A DNA stretch of 64,000 nt from the human T2T-CHM13v2.0 reference genome, Homo sapiens. The position numbers were made by a program, and so were the translations under genes. Positions 48,857-64,000 of the stretch are shown piece by piece. Numbering within the stretch: the first letter of the stretch is position 1; each line of letters begins with the position of its first letter. The notes below the pieces were generated by a model that was not told the origin of the DNA, searched no databases, and saw only the letters and a list, made by a program, of their open reading frames with translations. The DNA lies in assembly GCF_009914755.1 (NCBI RefSeq), contig NC_060930.1; one strand, 5' to 3'.

Positions 48857-48979
48857 GGCATGTCAGAGACCTTTGAGACATTACACAACCTGGTACACAA
48901 AGGGGTCAAGGTGGTGATGGACATCCCCTATGAGCTGTGGAACGAGACTTCTGCAGAGGTGGCTGACCTCAAGAAGCAG
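48857..48979 (+). CDS. CNPY3: CNPY3 exon 4
   Basis: TTCCAG|GGC; [41 protein letters not shown]; donor CAG|GTACAG; 123 nt. Confidence 0.96.
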
Positions 48980-49229
48980 GTACAGGCCCTTCAGCCCTTG
49001 GAAGGGTTGCTGTGCCCAGTGAGGGGCTGGTGGGGATTGGGTCTGCTCTGAGGAAGTCCACCCAGGCCGGGGTGGCTTTGGTCAGGTCATTTCACCTCTC
49101 TGGCCTCAGTTTCCTTAGGTGAACCGCTGCCACTGCCTACCTTGCAGTGGGTTGCGAGGCTTAGCTGAGCTCCTCTAGGAGCGAGTCAGGTGCTGGGGCT
49201 TTGCCAATATGAGGTATTATGATTAACAG

Positions 49230-49347
49230 TGTGATGTGCTGGTGGAAGAGTTTGAGGAGGTGATCGAGGACTGGTACAGGAACCACCAGGAGGAAGACCT
49301 GACTGAATTCCTCTGCGCCAACCACGTGCTGAAGGGAAAAGACACCA
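49230..49347 (+). CDS. CNPY3: CNPY3 exon 5
   Basis: AACAG|TGT; [39 protein letters not shown]; donor A|GTGAGT; 118 nt. Confidence 0.95.
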
Positions 49348-49707
49348 GTGAGTTTGGGGAAGCAAGGGCAGGCTGGCTCTGGATGATTTGTTTGCTCTCC
49401 CTTGGGGGAGGTGGGTAGGAGGAGAAACAGAGGGCACCAGAGGGCATTGTAGGATCTCTGCCCTTGAAAGGCTTGATTGGCAAGACATGGTGAAGTAAGA
49501 GTCACTGAAACCAGGTGCAGAATGATGGGCAGACAAGTCAGATGCCCCCAGAGGGGCCTGGTGGCCACAGCGAGAGGCAGGAGGCAGGGAGGCTGATGTC
49601 AAGCACAGTCCCAGTTGCTACTCCCACGGCTCCCTGCTCAGTGCTCCTTGCCCAGCACCCCAGCCCTGAGGCACTTCTGTTGAGGGTCTCTCTCCTCCAC
49701 ACCCTAG

Positions 49708-49931
49708 GTTGCCTGGCAGAGCAGTGGTCCGGCAAGAAGGGAGACACAGCTGCCCTGGGAGGGAAGAAGTCCAAGAAGAAGAGCAGCAGGGCCAAGGCAG
49801 CAGGCGGCAGGAGTAGCAGCAGCAAACAAAGGAAGGAGCTGGGTGGCCTTGAGGGAGACCCCAGCCCCGAGGAGGATGAGGGCATCCAGAAGGCATCCCC
49901 TCTCACACACAGCCCCCCTGATGAGCTCTGA
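49708..49931 (+). CDS. CNPY3: CNPY3 exon 6; spliced CDS 837 nt = 278 aa, saposin-like ER co-chaperone for TLRs ending in PDEL
   Basis: CCTAG|GT; SCLAEQWSGKKG...KKSKKK...SPPDEL*; exon lengths sum in frame; saposin-type Cys pattern. Confidence 0.96.
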
Positions 49932-50381
49932 GCCCACCCAGCATCCTCTGTCCTGAGACCCCTGATTTTGAAGCTGAGGAGTCAGGGGCATGGCTCTGGC
50001 AGGCCGGGATGGCCCCGCAGCCTTCAGCCCCTCCTTGCCTTGGCTGTGCCCTCTTCTGCCAAGGAAAGACACAAGCCCCAGGAAGAACTCAGAGCCGTCA
50101 TGGGTAGCCCACGCCGTCCTTTCCCCTCCCCAAGTGTTTCTCTCCTGACCCAGGGTTCAGGCAGGCCTTGTGGTTTCAGGACTGCAAGGACTCCAGTGTG
50201 AACTCAGGAGGGGCAGGTGTCAGAACTGGGCACCAGGACTGGAGCCCCCTCCGGAGACCAAACTCACCATCCCTCAGTCCTCCCCAACAGGGTACTAGGA
50301 CTGCAGCCCCCTGTAGCTCCTCTCTGCTTACCCCTCCTGTGGACACCTTGCACTCTGCCTGGCCCTTCCCAGAGCCCAAAG

Positions 50382-50387
50382 AGTAAA
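50382..50387 (+). terminator. Probable CNPY3 poly(A) signal (variant AGTAAA)
   Basis: I saw no AATAAA or ATTAAA in the ~450 nt after the stop; AGTAAA is followed by T/GT-rich sequence. Confidence 0.55.
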
Positions 50388-51324
50388 AATGTTCTGGTTC
50401 TGATTTCTGAGTCCTCTGCAGCCCTCAGAGGTGCCCTGGAGCCTCTTGTTCTTTCCTGCCCCTCGCCTTCCAGCCCGTGGGGCTGAGGAGGGGAAGGCTA
50501 AAACCCACCCACTCTCGGGAGCAGCAAGTGCTGGGAAGGCCCAGGGTTGTCTTGGGGTGAGGGGAGGCATGGGCATAGGATGAGGCCCAGGGCAGTGCAC
50601 TGACCTTACGCTGCTCCCTCGTGTCCTGGACACCTGGCTGCCGTTCCCTCCCTCCCTCTCTCCTGCTGCTCCTCTTCCCAAGGCCTCCCATTTGTTGTGT
50701 AAAATGCAGTGTTTACCTGGCCAGCTCCCGCCCCTGTTCCTACTTCCACCTGGCCTTGACTGTTGGTCCTGAACCTTGTTTTCTGATGACCACACTTGAT
50801 CACTCTGAGGTTCCTAGCTGTTGTACCTGGAGTGCAGTTGGGAGGACACCCGGTTCCCAACACCATCTGGTCACACCATGTTCCTCAGGGCCAAGGGAGG
50901 AGCAGAGAGGCTGGCCTCTAGGGAGAAGGGGTGGGGAAGCTCAGGCACCTCCCAGTTTGTCCTGAAGGCAGGGATCGGGGCAATTGGTACAGTAGTGATG
51001 ACAATTGTATGTATTCAAATTGTATGCTTTAACTTTTACTATTACCACACTCTTGTGAGGTGTGCTGTTAACCTCATTGTGTAGAGGAGAAAACAGGCTA
51101 GAGTCAAGTGATATGCTTGGAGTCAGGTGACCTTGGAGTCAAGGTCCTGCTGTTAAGGAGTGGTATAGCTGGGACGCAGACACTGGCGTTCAGATTACAA
51201 ATCCATGGTACTTCCACTCTCCACAGCTGCCAGGGCCTCTTCCCCCAACCCCTGGCACTGACAGTGTGAGTTGTATCGAACTGGTTTAGTTTCTTGGCCT
51301 TAACCTGTCACCACCACCAAGATT

Positions 51325-64000
<12,676 letters not shown>

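Noticed and set aside
49161-50072. Antisense ORFs over CNPY3 exons 5-6
   Set aside because: Shadow frames of coding and GC-rich sequence

Overview
Human genomic DNA, Alu-dense, recognisable from its proteins as the 6p21.1 C6orf226-PTCRA-CNPY3 interval. In order: a + strand poly(A)-signal cluster (probably the RPL7L1 3' end, inferred from gene order); the single-exon 101-aa minus-strand gene C6orf226, with a KPWE motif (I recall it was recently named PEX39, a PTS2 peroxisomal import factor); a full-length, defective, old HERV-K(HML-2) provirus on the minus strand (4387-14345; type 2, 96-bp K(OLD) gag segment, AluY in gag), nested in an Alu target-site duplication inside a MER21-type LTR; an ERVL internal remnant; the PTCRA upstream enhancer and its 4 coding exons (281 aa); CNPY3 (6 coding exons, 278 aa); an Alu/Tigger/L1-rich spacer; and a MER51-type LTR with internal sequence at the right edge. 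The most notable structures are the KPWE microprotein, a ~460-bp mosaic of templated copies at 54165-54663, a mutation-created stand-alone dUTPase ORF, an AGTAAA poly(A) variant in both HERV LTRs upstream of C6orf226, and a perfect 76-bp tandem duplication in CNPY3 intron 3. All alignments were done by eye, and repeat subfamily names come from remembered consensus sequences.
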